Assembly: GCA_964542855.1 (NCBI GenBank)
Contig: CAZIWJ010000001.1
Coordinates: 1-48,138 of the forward strand
Source: an uncultured Roseivirgaceae bacterium
GTDB lineage: Bacteria > Bacteroidota > Bacteroidia > Cytophagales > Cyclobacteriaceae
Reading direction: 5' to 3'
Length of the DNA stretch: 48,138 nt
Positions 10,283 to 20,495 of this stretch are shown here, piece by piece. The position numbers and the translations under genes were made by a program. The stretch's first letter is position 1; each line of letters opens with the position of its first letter. Below the pieces are notes generated by a model. It saw nothing but the letters and a program-made list of their open reading frames with translations. It was not told where the DNA came from and searched no databases.

Positions 10283-10564
10283 CTATTCGAAGCATGCTTC
10301 AAAACATTCGTCGAGAATGTGCGCGTAGTAATCCGAAAAATGACGATAACACCAATTTTCCAGACTTTTCACTTCCAGCGGATGAAGCGTACCTATGGCT
10401 TTGCTCAATTCACGGGAGAACACCTCGGGAGCGAAACTAACCTTAACCAGTATGGTTTTTACATAGTCCAGATCAGGCTGTGTTCGGGTTGAGGAGATGT
10501 AATGTTCCTTAGTTATCATGCATTGACAGGTTTGGGGTTTGTAATCTGTCATGTATACTTTCAA
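10283..10564 (-). CDS. hypothetical small Cys/His-containing protein
   Basis: This 93-aa ORF lies in an otherwise ORF-poor intergenic block and has its own downstream hairpin and T-run. I recognise no family. Alternative in-frame starts exist at Met5 and Met16. Confidence 0.45.
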   Translation of the reverse strand: MKVYMTDYKPQTCQCMITKEHYISSTRTQPDLDYVKTILVKVSFAPEVFSRELSKAIGTLHPLEVKSLENWCYRHFSDYYAHILDECFEACFE

Positions 10565-10667
10565 ATTGAATGAATTTATACACGCATATTCAAAAAAGTA
10601 AAATGAATTTACGATTAAACGATTAATTTTACAAGCAATTATTATGTGCTACAGCGTTTAATTTAAT

Positions 10668-12143
10668 ATGACAACTATTACCAAGCGTAAGAAATTATCG
10701 TTTTTGCCCCTGCCAGTACTTTTGTTGCTATTGAGCCTGGTAGTTCAGGCACAAGACGTTAAAATTGACCTGGGCCCAAGCAAAGTAGCTGAGAATGAAC
10801 AGTTTTACATCACTATCACCAGTTACAGCTCTAAGCTGAACAATGACGGAGATTTCCCGGATATCGAGGGGTTCCGAAAAGTACCCGGCACCTCCACTTC
10901 CTCTTCCACCAACATTGTGAACGGGCAGATTTCAACTTCGCGCAGCGTAACCCAGTATTATGTTCCCGACCGGCAGGGCAGTTTTACCCTACCTCCGTTC
11001 CAGATGATTATTAACGACAAGGCCGTGCGATCGGAAGGTACCACCATTACCGTGGGGCCGCCCAAACAGCGCAATGCCAACCGGAACAGCCCGTTTAATA
11101 GCCCCTTTTTCGATTCTGATCCTTTCGATATTTTTAATCGCAACCAGAAACAGGAATTTGTAGACGTTAAGGCCGATGCCTTCCTGGCCCTGACTACCGA
11201 CAAAGAAGAAGTGTACCAGGGAGAAGGCTTTACCACCACCCTGGCTTTTTATGAGGCCGACGATAACCAGGCCGTGCTGCAATTTTACGAACTGAACAAG
11301 CAGTTGCTCGATATTCTGAAAGAAATTAAACCGGGAAACTGCTGGACGGAAGATTTCAACATCGAGCGCATTGTAGGCAAGCCGGTAACTATTAACGGAA
11401 AAATTTACACCCAGTATAAAATTTACGAGGCTACTTTTTTTCCACTGAATAAACAGAACATCAACTTTCCATCTTTCGGGCTAAACATGATTAAGTATAA
11501 AATAGCCAGGCAACCTTCTTTCTTTGGCCGGAATAAGAAAGAAGATTTTAAAACATTTACTACTGAACCCAAAACCATCCGGGTGAAGCCCCTTCCACCC
11601 CACCCTATGAGCGAAGTGGTTTCGGTGGGGAATTACCAGTTGCAGGAAGCCATCAACGCCAGTCGGCTGCAAACCGGGCAAAGCTTCGAGTACCGGTTTA
11701 AAATTGTAGGAGAAGGAAATATTGAATACATTAACAAACCAAAAATTCCGGATACTGACGACTTCGATATTTACGCCCCAAGCGTAATGCAAAATATCCT
11801 GCGCCGGAACAGCCAGGTGAAGGGGGCTAAAAGTTTCGAGTACTACACTGTGCCTAACGAGCCGGGTACATATAACATGGGTGATTTCTTCCAGTGGGTA
11901 TTTTTTAATCCAGAAGTGGAAGCTTACGACACCCTTAAATCTGAAATTGTGGTGGATGTGCAGGGCGAAAGCCGCAAAAACGAATACATCAGCTCTAGCG
12001 ACCTGGGGAGTTTTTACGACCAGTTCCAGGGAGCTGACAATTCGCTGAGAAGCATTGGAGGATCGCAAATTCAATTGTTAATTGCCAACTTAGTTATTCT
12101 GGTATTGCTGGTATTAACGGCGATTGTTATTTTCAAAAAGTAA
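10668..12143 (+). CDS. batD: BatD-family (oxygen-tolerance) protein
   Basis: The 491-aa product has a signal peptide and a single C-terminal TM anchor ([20 protein letters not shown]). The N-terminal repeat-domain pattern is typical of BatD: [19 protein letters not shown]....FPDIEGF......S.S...NG.....[18 protein letters not shown]...[15 protein letters not shown]. Confidence 0.6.
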   Translation: MTTITKRKKLSFLPLPVLLLLLSLVVQAQDVKIDLGPSKVAENEQFYITITSYSSKLNNDGDFPDIEGFRKVPGTSTSSSTNIVNGQISTSRSVTQYYVPDRQGSFTLPPFQMIINDKAVRSEGTTITVGPPKQRNANRNSPFNSPFFDSDPFDIFNRNQKQEFVDVKADAFLALTTDKEEVYQGEGFTTTLAFYEADDNQAVLQFYELNKQLLDILKEIKPGNCWTEDFNIERIVGKPVTINGKIYTQYKIYEATFFPLNKQNINFPSFGLNMIKYKIARQPSFFGRNKKEDFKTFTTEPKTIRVKPLPPHPMSEVVSVGNYQLQEAINASRLQTGQSFEYRFKIVGEGNIEYINKPKIPDTDDFDIYAPSVMQNILRRNSQVKGAKSFEYYTVPNEPGTYNMGDFFQWVFFNPEVEAYDTLKSEIVVDVQGESRKNEYISSSDLGSFYDQFQGADNSLRSIGGSQIQLLIANLVILVLLVLTAIVIFKK

Positions 12144-12145
12144 AC

Positions 12146-13231
12146 ATGAAGAACAGTTTTGGTCATTTATTCCGGATTAGCACATTCGGAGAATCGCACG
12201 GAAAGGGAATAGGTGTTACCATCGACGGATGCCCGTCGGGAGTTGCCATTGATGAAGCGCACATCCAGGCCGAACTTTCGCGACGCAAGCCCGGGCAATC
12301 GAAAATTACTACCCAACGCAGGGAGTCGGACACCGCCCAGATTATGTCGGGGGTGTTCGAGGGTAAATCGACCGGTACCCCCCTGCACCTGTTTATTCCG
12401 AACGACGACCAGCGGAGTAAAGATTACTCGCACATTGCCGACAAGTACCGGCCTTCGCACGCCGATTATACCTACCAGGAAAAATATGGCATTCGCGATT
12501 ACCGGGGCGGCGGAAGGAGTTCGGCCCGCGAAACCGCAGCTCGGGTGGCGGCCGGTGCCGTGGCCAGGCAGTTCCTGCAACAGGCTGTTGGCGTACGGGT
12601 ACACGCTTTTGTTTCACAAGTAGGCAGCCTGGCGTTGGAAAAGCCCTACCAGGAGTTGGATTTGGGCCGGAGCGAAGAAAATATAGTACGCTGCCCCGAC
12701 CCGGAAACGGCCGAACGCATGATTCAACTGATTGATGATACCCGAAAGGCCCGCGATACCATTGGAGGAATTGTTACCGGAGTGATCCGGAATGTACCTG
12801 CCGGGCTGGGCGAACCGGTTTTTGATAAGCTGCACGCAGTACTGGGCCATGCCATGCTAAGCATTAACGCGGTAAAAGGGTTTGAATACGGTAGCGGCTT
12901 TGAAGGCGTGAAAATGAAAGGTTCAGCCCACAACGATCGCTTCTACACCGACGAAAACCAGCGGGTACGTACGCATTCCAATCATTCGGGAGGTATACAG
13001 GGCGGCATCAGTAACGGGGAAGATATCTTTTTTAAGGTTGCATTTAAGCCGGTAGCCACGATTATGCAAGACCAGGAAAGCGTGAACCAACAGGGTGAAA
13101 ACGTTACGGTAAGCGGTAAAGGAAGGCATGACCCTTGTGTAGTTCCCCGGGCTGTGCCCATTGTTGAAGCCATGGCCGCACTGGTTATTGCTGATTTTTA
13201 CCTGCTTCATAAAACCACAAAACTTGCCTGA
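12146..13231 (+). CDS. aroC: chorismate synthase
   Basis: The 361-aa product starts with a canonical AroC N-terminus ([15 protein letters not shown]). Later motifs are [18 protein letters not shown] and GGISNGE. Confidence 0.95.
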   Translation: MKNSFGHLFRISTFGESHGKGIGVTIDGCPSGVAIDEAHIQAELSRRKPGQSKITTQRRESDTAQIMSGVFEGKSTGTPLHLFIPNDDQRSKDYSHIADKYRPSHADYTYQEKYGIRDYRGGGRSSARETAARVAAGAVARQFLQQAVGVRVHAFVSQVGSLALEKPYQELDLGRSEENIVRCPDPETAERMIQLIDDTRKARDTIGGIVTGVIRNVPAGLGEPVFDKLHAVLGHAMLSINAVKGFEYGSGFEGVKMKGSAHNDRFYTDENQRVRTHSNHSGGIQGGISNGEDIFFKVAFKPVATIMQDQESVNQQGENVTVSGKGRHDPCVVPRAVPIVEAMAALVIADFYLLHKTTKLA

Positions 13232-13278
13232 TATATTTTATAAAGTGTAGTTTTGAAAGATAAGGCCAATACGAGACT

Positions 13279-14613
13279 ATGAAAAACATTCCTTTACATA
13301 CGAAAATTATCATCGGGCTGGTAACCGGTTTGCTGTTCGGTATTGCCAGTATTAAGCTGGGTTTTCCCTCTTACATTACCCTGGATTACATTAAGCCCTT
13401 CGGAACCATCTTCGTTAACTTGTTGAAAATGATTGCCGTTCCGCTGGTTCTCGCCTCTTTAATTGTTGGGGTATCGAACCTGGGCGATATCTCGAAACTG
13501 TCTCGCATCGGCGGTAAAACCATCAGCATTTACCTGGTTACTACGGCCATTGCCTGTACCATTGGTTTGCTGATCGTTAATGTGGTAAAGCCGGGCAAGT
13601 CGTTACCGGAAGATACCCGCGAGGAATTGATGAGCACATACAGTAAGAACGTGGAAAGCAGCCAGACCCAGGTTGATTTATTAAAAGAAGAGAGTCCGCT
13701 GAAACCCCTGGTAGATATTGTGCCCCAGAACTTTTTCAGTGCCACAACCGACAATAGTAAAATGCTGCAGGTGGTATTTTTTGCCATTATAGCAGGTATT
13801 GCCCTGTTGCAGATCCCCAAAGAAAAAGGGAAACCGGTGGTAGCTTTCTTCGACGGGCTAAATGATGTGATTATTAAAATTGTAGACTACATCATGATGC
13901 TGGCCCCTTTCGGGGTGTTTGCCCTGATTGCCTCCCTACTGGTTGATATTGCCGGCGATAATCCTAACAAGGTATTCGATTTACTGTACGCCTTGCTGTT
14001 GTACTCGCTAACCGTGGTAGGCGGCCTGCTATCGATGATTTTTATTGTGTACCCTTCTATATTCAAGTTATTTACCAAAATTAAGTACGCTCACTTTTTC
14101 AAGGGTATTCGCCCGGCCCAGTTGCTGGCATTCAGTACCAGTTCAAGTTCGGCTACCTTGCCGGTTACCATGGAGCGGGTAGAAAAGAAGTTGGGCGTTC
14201 CGGAAGAGATATCCAGTTTCGTGCTGCCACTCGGTGCTACGATTAACATGGACGGAACCTGTTTGTACCAGAGCGTAGCTGCAGTATTCATTGCCCAGGC
14301 ACTTGGCCTTGACCTGAGCATCGGGCAGCAGTTAATGATTGTACTTACCGCCACACTGGCCTCGATCGGTACGGCCGGTGTTCCCGGTGCCGGTTTGGTG
14401 ATGCTGGTTATTGTATTGCAGTCTATTGGTGTACCCACCGCCGGTATTGCTCTCATTATTGCCCCCGACCGAATTTTGGATATGCTGCGTACCGTGGTAA
14501 ATGTAACTGGTGATGCTACCGTAACCATGGTAGTTTCCGGCACCGAAGGAAAGCTGGACGAAGATGTTCCCGTTAATGAAATGGAAGGAGAAGTAGTAAA
14601 TGCCAATAATTAA
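13279..14613 (+). CDS. dicarboxylate/amino acid:cation (Na+/H+) symporter, DAACS family
   Basis: The 444-aa polytopic membrane protein carries the DAACS signatures SSSATLPV and NMDGT, plus the GVPGAGL hairpin motif. Confidence 0.9.
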   Translation: MKNIPLHTKIIIGLVTGLLFGIASIKLGFPSYITLDYIKPFGTIFVNLLKMIAVPLVLASLIVGVSNLGDISKLSRIGGKTISIYLVTTAIACTIGLLIVNVVKPGKSLPEDTREELMSTYSKNVESSQTQVDLLKEESPLKPLVDIVPQNFFSATTDNSKMLQVVFFAIIAGIALLQIPKEKGKPVVAFFDGLNDVIIKIVDYIMMLAPFGVFALIASLLVDIAGDNPNKVFDLLYALLLYSLTVVGGLLSMIFIVYPSIFKLFTKIKYAHFFKGIRPAQLLAFSTSSSSATLPVTMERVEKKLGVPEEISSFVLPLGATINMDGTCLYQSVAAVFIAQALGLDLSIGQQLMIVLTATLASIGTAGVPGAGLVMLVIVLQSIGVPTAGIALIIAPDRILDMLRTVVNVTGDATVTMVVSGTEGKLDEDVPVNEMEGEVVNANN

Positions 14614-14619
14614 TTTACT

Positions 14620-15177
14620 ATGATGTGCTGGAAACTGGGAATGGCCGGTTTACTTATTGTTGGAATTACCGGTTGTAAGCCCCAACAAGACCAGAAGCAG
14701 GAACCGGTAATGGATCGCAAGCAATTTAACGAAGTACTTCAGCAGCAGGAAGTGAAGCGTGTAACCGAAGCCGAACTTACCCAGGCTGCTATTGATCGTG
14801 GTGATCAGCTGGTGAAGGACTTACAAATGGCCCTTGAGCAAGATTCTGCTTTCGGCAGTATGCCTGTAGACCAACAGATCCTACAAGGCATTAGCAAGCA
14901 GGAACAGGAGCTTTCTCCCGTTATCCAGTTCCTGGTAGCTGCCGATACCAGCAGAGCGTCCCTGCACCCGAAACAGCGGCAGTTGTTACAGGCTTATGCC
15001 TACGACCCGGAATTTGCCGAAACCACCTCGGCCAATATCCAGCGCATCGGTACCGACTCATTACTGTATACGCGGGTACAGCTATTCCCTTCTTCCGAAT
15101 CGGCTGCAGATTCATCAAAGCAACTGGGAGTGTGGAATATCCTCTTTTCCCGCAAGGAAATAATACTTAAATTATAG
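14620..15177 (+). CDS. hypothetical lipoprotein
   Basis: This 185-aa ORF starts 7 bp after the transporter gene. It has a signal peptide with a lipobox (LLIVGITGC) and is Gln-rich. I recognise no family. Confidence 0.55.
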   Translation: MMCWKLGMAGLLIVGITGCKPQQDQKQEPVMDRKQFNEVLQQQEVKRVTEAELTQAAIDRGDQLVKDLQMALEQDSAFGSMPVDQQILQGISKQEQELSPVIQFLVAADTSRASLHPKQRQLLQAYAYDPEFAETTSANIQRIGTDSLLYTRVQLFPSSESAADSSKQLGVWNILFSRKEIILKL

Positions 15178-15381
15178 ATAACCACTACCTTAATGATAGG
15201 CATCATATTTTGTTCTTTTTTAACCTGTTATCATTAATTATTACAGGCTTGCAAGTAAAGATGCAGGCTTTTTTTAGGAAAAAGTAAAGTTTTACCTCTC
15301 GCTAATACAGAAAGGTACAAATAGGTATAATCGATAGCCCACTCAGATAGTAACCTGTTTAAACACCTATATTCTAGTATT

Positions 15382-16812
15382 ATGAGCAAATTTTTAACAC
15401 TATGTATGCTGCTGGCCTACTGTACGGCTTCGTATGCATTTACCAACCCTCCCGTTAAGGGCTACATTTACAGCAAAAAGCAAGCTAGCGCCGTTTCCGG
15501 TGCTACCGTTCACCTTGCCGGTACAGATTTAATTACTAAGACCAATGAAAAAGGGATGTTCGAACTGGCTATTCCCGATGGTGAGCATCAGCTCATGGTT
15601 AAGAAAGACGGGAAGAAACCCACGGTTTACAAGGTAACCAAATACCAGGATAACCTGATAATCATGATGGAAGAGGAAGAGAAGCCGGAGAAAGAACTCC
15701 TGGCCGGCTGGGATGCCAGCTTTAGCGGGAACATTAACGCTAACTACGTGTACACCAAAGCCAGTTTTACGCCTGCAGTGAGCGGCGAAGCGGTTCAGAT
15801 CGACGGGAATGCCCTGATGCTGGGCGATGACAAAGGAGTTCACACAATTCAAAACGGCCTATTGCCTACCGGCTTTGTATTCAACGCCAGTACGATGACC
15901 GCCGATAGTGTGGCTATTACCGTTACCCTGGGGGCTTACCCGGGGCTAGCATCGACGGCTAACACCGGTTTGTCTACGCCCCTGGTTGATATTCGCCAGA
16001 CGTTCATGACCATTTCCAAAAAAGGCATGGGTACCTTTACAGTAGGCCGTAATTACGGGATGTTTGGCTTCGATGCTATTGTAAACGATATTTCTTTAAC
16101 TGCAGTAGGGGCCACAGCTGCGGTAAGAAGCCCGTTAAATACCACCCTGGGTGGTATCGGGTACGGTTACCCTTACGCAGATGTATTGTCGCAAATTAAC
16201 TACACCACACCTACTTTTGGCGGGTTTAACTTTACTGCCGGTGTTTACCAACCCTTCGATTTGGCTACACTGGGTATGGAAAGCTTAACCGGTGAGTCGC
16301 AATCTAATCGTCCTGGTGTTCACGGAAAAGTATCTTATTCCGGCGGACCGGTGTATTTATCATCGACCTTCATAACGCAGGATGTGAACACTGGCCCGGC
16401 CGAATTTACTTCCATTGGCTACGATGTATTCGGCCGGCTTACTTTCGGCTCGCTGAAGCTGAGTGGTTATTACCAGGGAGGCCAGGGCATTGGAACCACT
16501 ATTTTGTTATTTGATGCTGCTGATGCCCAGGGAAATGCCCGAAGTACCAACAGCTGGTACGGACAGGCTTCTTACGGCCTGGGGGACAAATTAACCGTTG
16601 GTTTCATTGTAGCCCAAAGCAATAACGATCCTACTGAAAACGACCCGGAAACCATCCTGGAGTCGAATACTCGTATTACCGGAGGGTTTTATTATAACTT
16701 AACCGGCAGCCTGAACCTGAACCTGGAATTTACTAACATGCGGGCTACCAACCCCCGGGGTGATGAAATTATTAACAATTCTATCAACCTTGGTACTTTC
16801 CTTTCTTTCTAA
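15382..16812 (+). CDS. putative porin with an N-terminal carboxypeptidase-regulatory-like (CarboxypepD_reg) domain
   Basis: A signal peptide is followed by an Ig-like beta-sandwich pattern of about 80 aa (VKGYIYSKK...VSGATVHLAGTDLITKTNEKGMFELAIPDGEHQLMVKKDG). A Gly/Tyr/Asn-rich beta-barrel of about 370 aa then ends in an aromatic residue (LSF). A strong terminator follows the gene. Confidence 0.6.
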   Translation: MSKFLTLCMLLAYCTASYAFTNPPVKGYIYSKKQASAVSGATVHLAGTDLITKTNEKGMFELAIPDGEHQLMVKKDGKKPTVYKVTKYQDNLIIMMEEEEKPEKELLAGWDASFSGNINANYVYTKASFTPAVSGEAVQIDGNALMLGDDKGVHTIQNGLLPTGFVFNASTMTADSVAITVTLGAYPGLASTANTGLSTPLVDIRQTFMTISKKGMGTFTVGRNYGMFGFDAIVNDISLTAVGATAAVRSPLNTTLGGIGYGYPYADVLSQINYTTPTFGGFNFTAGVYQPFDLATLGMESLTGESQSNRPGVHGKVSYSGGPVYLSSTFITQDVNTGPAEFTSIGYDVFGRLTFGSLKLSGYYQGGQGIGTTILLFDAADAQGNARSTNSWYGQASYGLGDKLTVGFIVAQSNNDPTENDPETILESNTRITGGFYYNLTGSLNLNLEFTNMRATNPRGDEIINNSINLGTFLSF

Positions 16813-16844
16813 CAGATACCTGTTAAATTATTCAAAAGATTAGA

Positions 16845-16881
16845 AAGGGCGGGATTTGTAATCCCGTCCTTTACTTTTTTT
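16845..16881 (+). terminator. rho-independent terminator downstream of the porin gene
   Basis: The hairpin is GGGCGGGATT-TGT-AATCCCGTCC, a 10-bp stem with one G-T pair at 16847-16869. It is followed by TTTACTTTTTTTT. Confidence 0.75.
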
Positions 16882-16925
16882 ACCGGAAATGCTGCTATTT
16901 TTGTATTTATAGTTATTGTATTACT

Positions 16926-17774
16926 ATGAATGTAAAAGATAAACGCATAGCATTGGTATTATCGGGAGGAGGAGCCCGCGGACTGGCCCACATCGGGGTG
17001 ATTCAGGCCATTGAACGAATGGGTGGTAATATTACCAGCATTGCCGGTGTGTCGATGGGCGCCCTGGTGGGAGGCCTGTACGCCGCCAACCGCCTGAAAG
17101 TGTATACCGACTTCATGCTCGACCTGCGGCAATCTGATTTATTCACCATGGCGGATTTGCGCCTGGGCCGAAACGGTTTAATTAAAGGTGAAAAAATACT
17201 GGGCGAACTGGATACCCTTGCCCGGAACAAACAAATAGAAAAACTAAAACGGAAATTTGTTACGGTAGCTACCGACTGGCGCAGCCGGGAAGAAGTGGTA
17301 TTCCGTTCTGGCAACCTGGTGGAAGCCATTCGGGCTTCCTGTGCCATTCCCGGTTTAATTGCCCCGGTAGTAGTGAATGATCGCGAACTGATTGACGGGG
17401 CCATTGCTAACCCTTTGCCGATGAACCATGTAAACCGGGAGAATACCGATTTACTGGTAGCCGTTAACTGCAATGCCTACGCCCTGGGAAGTGAGACTGC
17501 AGAAGAAGAAACCCGGTTTAACCGCAGGAAGAACGCCCGAAAAAACCTGGTGAGGCAACCGGTAACAGAACCTGAACAGCCTTCTACGCTTATTAATTTA
17601 CTGAACAGTTCGCTGGAAATGATCACCGGGCAGTTGGGACGGCAAATGCTCAAACAATATCCTCCCGACCTTTACCTGGAATTTCCCAAAACCCGTTTTA
17701 ACACCTTTGATTTTCACCGGGCCTCGTCTATTATCCGAATGGGAGAACAGGAAATGCTACATAAACTGAAATAA
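16926..17774 (+). CDS. patatin-like phospholipase
   Basis: The oxyanion motif is GGGARG, the nucleophile elbow is GVSMGA, and the catalytic Asp motif is DGAIANPLP. The protein is 282 aa. Confidence 0.85.
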   Translation: MNVKDKRIALVLSGGGARGLAHIGVIQAIERMGGNITSIAGVSMGALVGGLYAANRLKVYTDFMLDLRQSDLFTMADLRLGRNGLIKGEKILGELDTLARNKQIEKLKRKFVTVATDWRSREEVVFRSGNLVEAIRASCAIPGLIAPVVVNDRELIDGAIANPLPMNHVNRENTDLLVAVNCNAYALGSETAEEETRFNRRKNARKNLVRQPVTEPEQPSTLINLLNSSLEMITGQLGRQMLKQYPPDLYLEFPKTRFNTFDFHRASSIIRMGEQEMLHKLK

Positions 17775-17808
17775 CTAGACTCGGGCCATTTGCGTTGGCA
17801 AAAAAGCT

Positions 17809-18366
17809 ATGAATAAATTTTATCTGTTTTTCCTGACCCTGGTTTCAACGGCCTGTTCCCTGAATCCAGATCGGAACACGACTATTAACCTGAATACTCC
17901 GGGGTTTTCCACATCCGATGCTTCTGAACTGTATTTTAAAAATGTAAGAAGTAATAACTATAATAAAACCCCTAATGATGCTACTAAGCTGGACGTTTAC
18001 CGTTCGAAAGACTGGTACATGCCGGCCGGTAAACCAGTTCTGAGCTTACAAATTGTAATGAACTGGCGGTACGATGAAGCCTACATACTTACCGTTCCAA
18101 ATGATAACTGGAAATCGTTTGGTGTAATCAGCGTAGTGTGGCAGGATACCACCCTGGGTACTTCCGGTAAATACCCGGCTGAGATCGGAAATAAAGAAGA
18201 GCAGTTTTCGCTGGCGGGAAGCCTTTACAACAGTATCCTGGCCGAACACGAATTGTACCTGAAAAATGAATCGGGTAAAGAAGTTTCTTTTCTGGCCGAC
18301 TACAAATATCGTGAGGCTTTCCGGAAAACGATGATTGATTACTTCAGGCTGGTTGACCGTTTATAG
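17809..18366 (+). CDS. hypothetical lipoprotein
   Basis: This 185-aa ORF has a signal peptide with a lipobox (LVSTAC). I recognise no family. Confidence 0.55.
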   Translation: MNKFYLFFLTLVSTACSLNPDRNTTINLNTPGFSTSDASELYFKNVRSNNYNKTPNDATKLDVYRSKDWYMPAGKPVLSLQIVMNWRYDEAYILTVPNDNWKSFGVISVVWQDTTLGTSGKYPAEIGNKEEQFSLAGSLYNSILAEHELYLKNESGKEVSFLADYKYREAFRKTMIDYFRLVDRL

Positions 18367-18514
18367 TGTAAAGCGTTCTTTACTATACACATAGAACGCA
18401 TTTCCGGGTAAGCACATTCTTTAAGCTAAAAGTATATATTCACAAAAATACTTATATTGCCCCTCAGTGCTTTGTAAATGAACTTTATCATCACTTCCGG
18501 TTATTGCTATCAAT

Positions 18515-19312
18515 ATGCTATATTACAAGGAATATAAACATCAGGATGACCGCGACTGGGTAGTGTTTGTGCATGGAGCGGGAGGCAGTTCGTCGATTTG
18601 GTTCAAACAGATTAAAGCCTTTAGGCCCTATTTCAATTTATTACTCATCGATCTGCGCGGTCACGGCCAGTCGAAAGATAAAGATCTGCTTAAAGAGTAT
18701 GTTAGCAAAAACTATTCGTTCAATGATGTCTCGGCCGATATACTGCAAGTCATTAACCATTTACAGATTAGGCAGGCTCATTTTATCGGGGTATCGCTGG
18801 GCACCATCATTATCCGGACTCTGGGTGAAATAGCTCCCGAACGGGTAAAATCCATGATCATGTGCGGGGCCATTACCCGACTGAACGCCCGGTCACGCAT
18901 TTTGGTATTCCTCGGGAACATGGTAAAGCGCTTTGTGCCCTACATGTGGCTGTATAAGTTGTTTGCCTGGATCATTTTACCCCGACGGCGCGACAAGGTA
19001 TCCCGCAACCTGTTTATCCAGGAAGCCAAGCGGTTATACCAGAAGGAATTTCTGCGCTGGTACAAGCTTACTCACGAGGTAAACCCTCTTTTAAAATACT
19101 TCAAAGAAAAGGAGTTAAACATCCCAACGCTTTACGTAATGGGAGAAGAAGATTACATGTTCTTACCCCCGGTTCGCAAAATTGCCAGCCAGCACATTAA
19201 TGCCACTTTACAGGTTATTAAAGACTGTGGCCACGTCTGTAATGTAGAGAAACCCGACAAGTTCAACCGCTTAGCCATCCAGTTCATCAATCGGCATGCC
19301 TTAACCGGGTAA
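18515..19312 (+). CDS. alpha/beta-fold hydrolase
   Basis: An HGAGGSS oxyanion region is followed by the nucleophile elbow GVSLG and a C-terminal catalytic His region (DCGHVCNVEKP). The protein is 265 aa. Confidence 0.8.
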   Translation: MLYYKEYKHQDDRDWVVFVHGAGGSSSIWFKQIKAFRPYFNLLLIDLRGHGQSKDKDLLKEYVSKNYSFNDVSADILQVINHLQIRQAHFIGVSLGTIIIRTLGEIAPERVKSMIMCGAITRLNARSRILVFLGNMVKRFVPYMWLYKLFAWIILPRRRDKVSRNLFIQEAKRLYQKEFLRWYKLTHEVNPLLKYFKEKELNIPTLYVMGEEDYMFLPPVRKIASQHINATLQVIKDCGHVCNVEKPDKFNRLAIQFINRHALTG

Positions 19313-19369
19313 CAATTCCGTGTAAACACTAATTGCTCTTAATAGTTGAATTGAGTATATAAGTGTATT

Positions 19370-20494
19370 ATGAACAAAACGGTAAAACGACTGATCACAG
19401 GACTTGTGATCCTGATAGTGGTTGGCATCATTGCCTGGCCCAAAATAAGCTACCTGTTTGAAGATGCTGCCCAGAAAGCTTCAGCAGAAAGAGCGGCCTC
19501 TGAAGCTTTAAAAGCATCAGCTATTCCAGTAAATGCCATCGTGGTAATGCCCAAAACTCTTGACGATAAAATTGAAGTAAACGGAGAGATTCTTGCGAAC
19601 GAATCGCTGGAGCTGAAAAGCGAAATTTCTGGAAAGGTAACCAATATTTTTTTCCAGGAGGGCCAGCGGGTACGCAAAGGCGAGTTACTACTCACCATCA
19701 ATGATAACGAGCTCCGCGCCCAGTTGGAGAAGGTGAAGTACACCAAGAAGCTGGTAGAGGATAATGAGTATCGCCAACGTAAATTACTGGAAAGAGAAGC
19801 CATTAGTCAGGAAGAATACGATCAGGCACTTACCGAGCTGAATACCTCTATTGCAGACATTAAACTAATCGAGGCACAAATTGCCAAATCGCAGATCCGT
19901 GCTCCTTTCGACGGAGTGGTAGGCCTGCGTTACGTTAGTGAAGGCAGCTATATTTCTCCGCAAAACGTAATTGCCACCCTTTCCAACCTGAATCCGGCTA
20001 AAATTGAATTTTCTATTCCCAGTAAGTATAGTACTAATGTAGGAGTAGGAGATGATATTAAATTCAGCACCGAAGGCATCGGGCAGGATTTTAGCGGGAA
20101 AGTTTACGCTATTGAGCCCAAAATTGACCCGGCTACTCGGACCATGAAATTAAGGGCCATTAGCCCGAACCCGGATAACCGGTTGTTGCCCGGGCAGTAT
20201 ACCCGCGTAAATGTTATACTTAACTCTACCGATTCGGCCCTGATGGTACCCAGCGAAGCGGTAATTCCAACTTTTAAGGGCCACAGTATTTTCGTTCACA
20301 GTGGCGGGAAGGCAGAAAAACGCAACGTGGAAATTGGCATCCGTACCCGCCGGGAAGTGGAGATTAAGGAAGGCCTGGCAAACAGAGATACGGTAATTAC
20401 TAGCGGCTTATTACAGATTAAAGACGGCAGTAAAGTTACCCTGAAAGAAATTGATAATACCCCATTAAACGTAGTAGCTAACGCAGTAGAATAA
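19370..20494 (+). CDS. efflux RND transporter periplasmic adaptor (membrane fusion protein)
   Basis: The 374-aa product has an N-terminal TM anchor, lipoyl/hairpin/beta-barrel motifs (GKVTNIFFQEGQRVRKGELLLTIND and IRAPFDGVVG), and sits 1 bp upstream of the RND pump gene. Confidence 0.9.
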   Translation: MNKTVKRLITGLVILIVVGIIAWPKISYLFEDAAQKASAERAASEALKASAIPVNAIVVMPKTLDDKIEVNGEILANESLELKSEISGKVTNIFFQEGQRVRKGELLLTINDNELRAQLEKVKYTKKLVEDNEYRQRKLLEREAISQEEYDQALTELNTSIADIKLIEAQIAKSQIRAPFDGVVGLRYVSEGSYISPQNVIATLSNLNPAKIEFSIPSKYSTNVGVGDDIKFSTEGIGQDFSGKVYAIEPKIDPATRTMKLRAISPNPDNRLLPGQYTRVNVILNSTDSALMVPSEAVIPTFKGHSIFVHSGGKAEKRNVEIGIRTRREVEIKEGLANRDTVITSGLLQIKDGSKVTLKEIDNTPLNVVANAVE

Positions 20495-20495
20495 C

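Noticed and set aside
10078-10302. A 74-aa minus-strand ORF overlapping the terminator and G8 region.
   Set aside because: It overlaps the 3' end and terminator of the 93-aa gene, is Pro/Thr-rich with no recognisable features, and contains the translated homopolymer (PPP). It is probably non-coding.
16926-17774. The patatin-like phospholipase as a CBASS-type or other anti-phage effector.
   Set aside because: No cyclase/nucleotidyltransferase, sensor, SAVED or other signalling partner is adjacent. The neighbours are a porin and ordinary lipoproteins, and the gene has its own terminator-bounded context. It is most likely a housekeeping lipase.
18372-18398. The hairpin GCGTTCT-N13-AGAACGC after the lipoprotein gene, as a terminator.
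   Set aside because: The stem is 7 bp, but the loop is 13 nt and no U-tract follows (ATTTCCGGG). That is not enough to call an intrinsic terminator.
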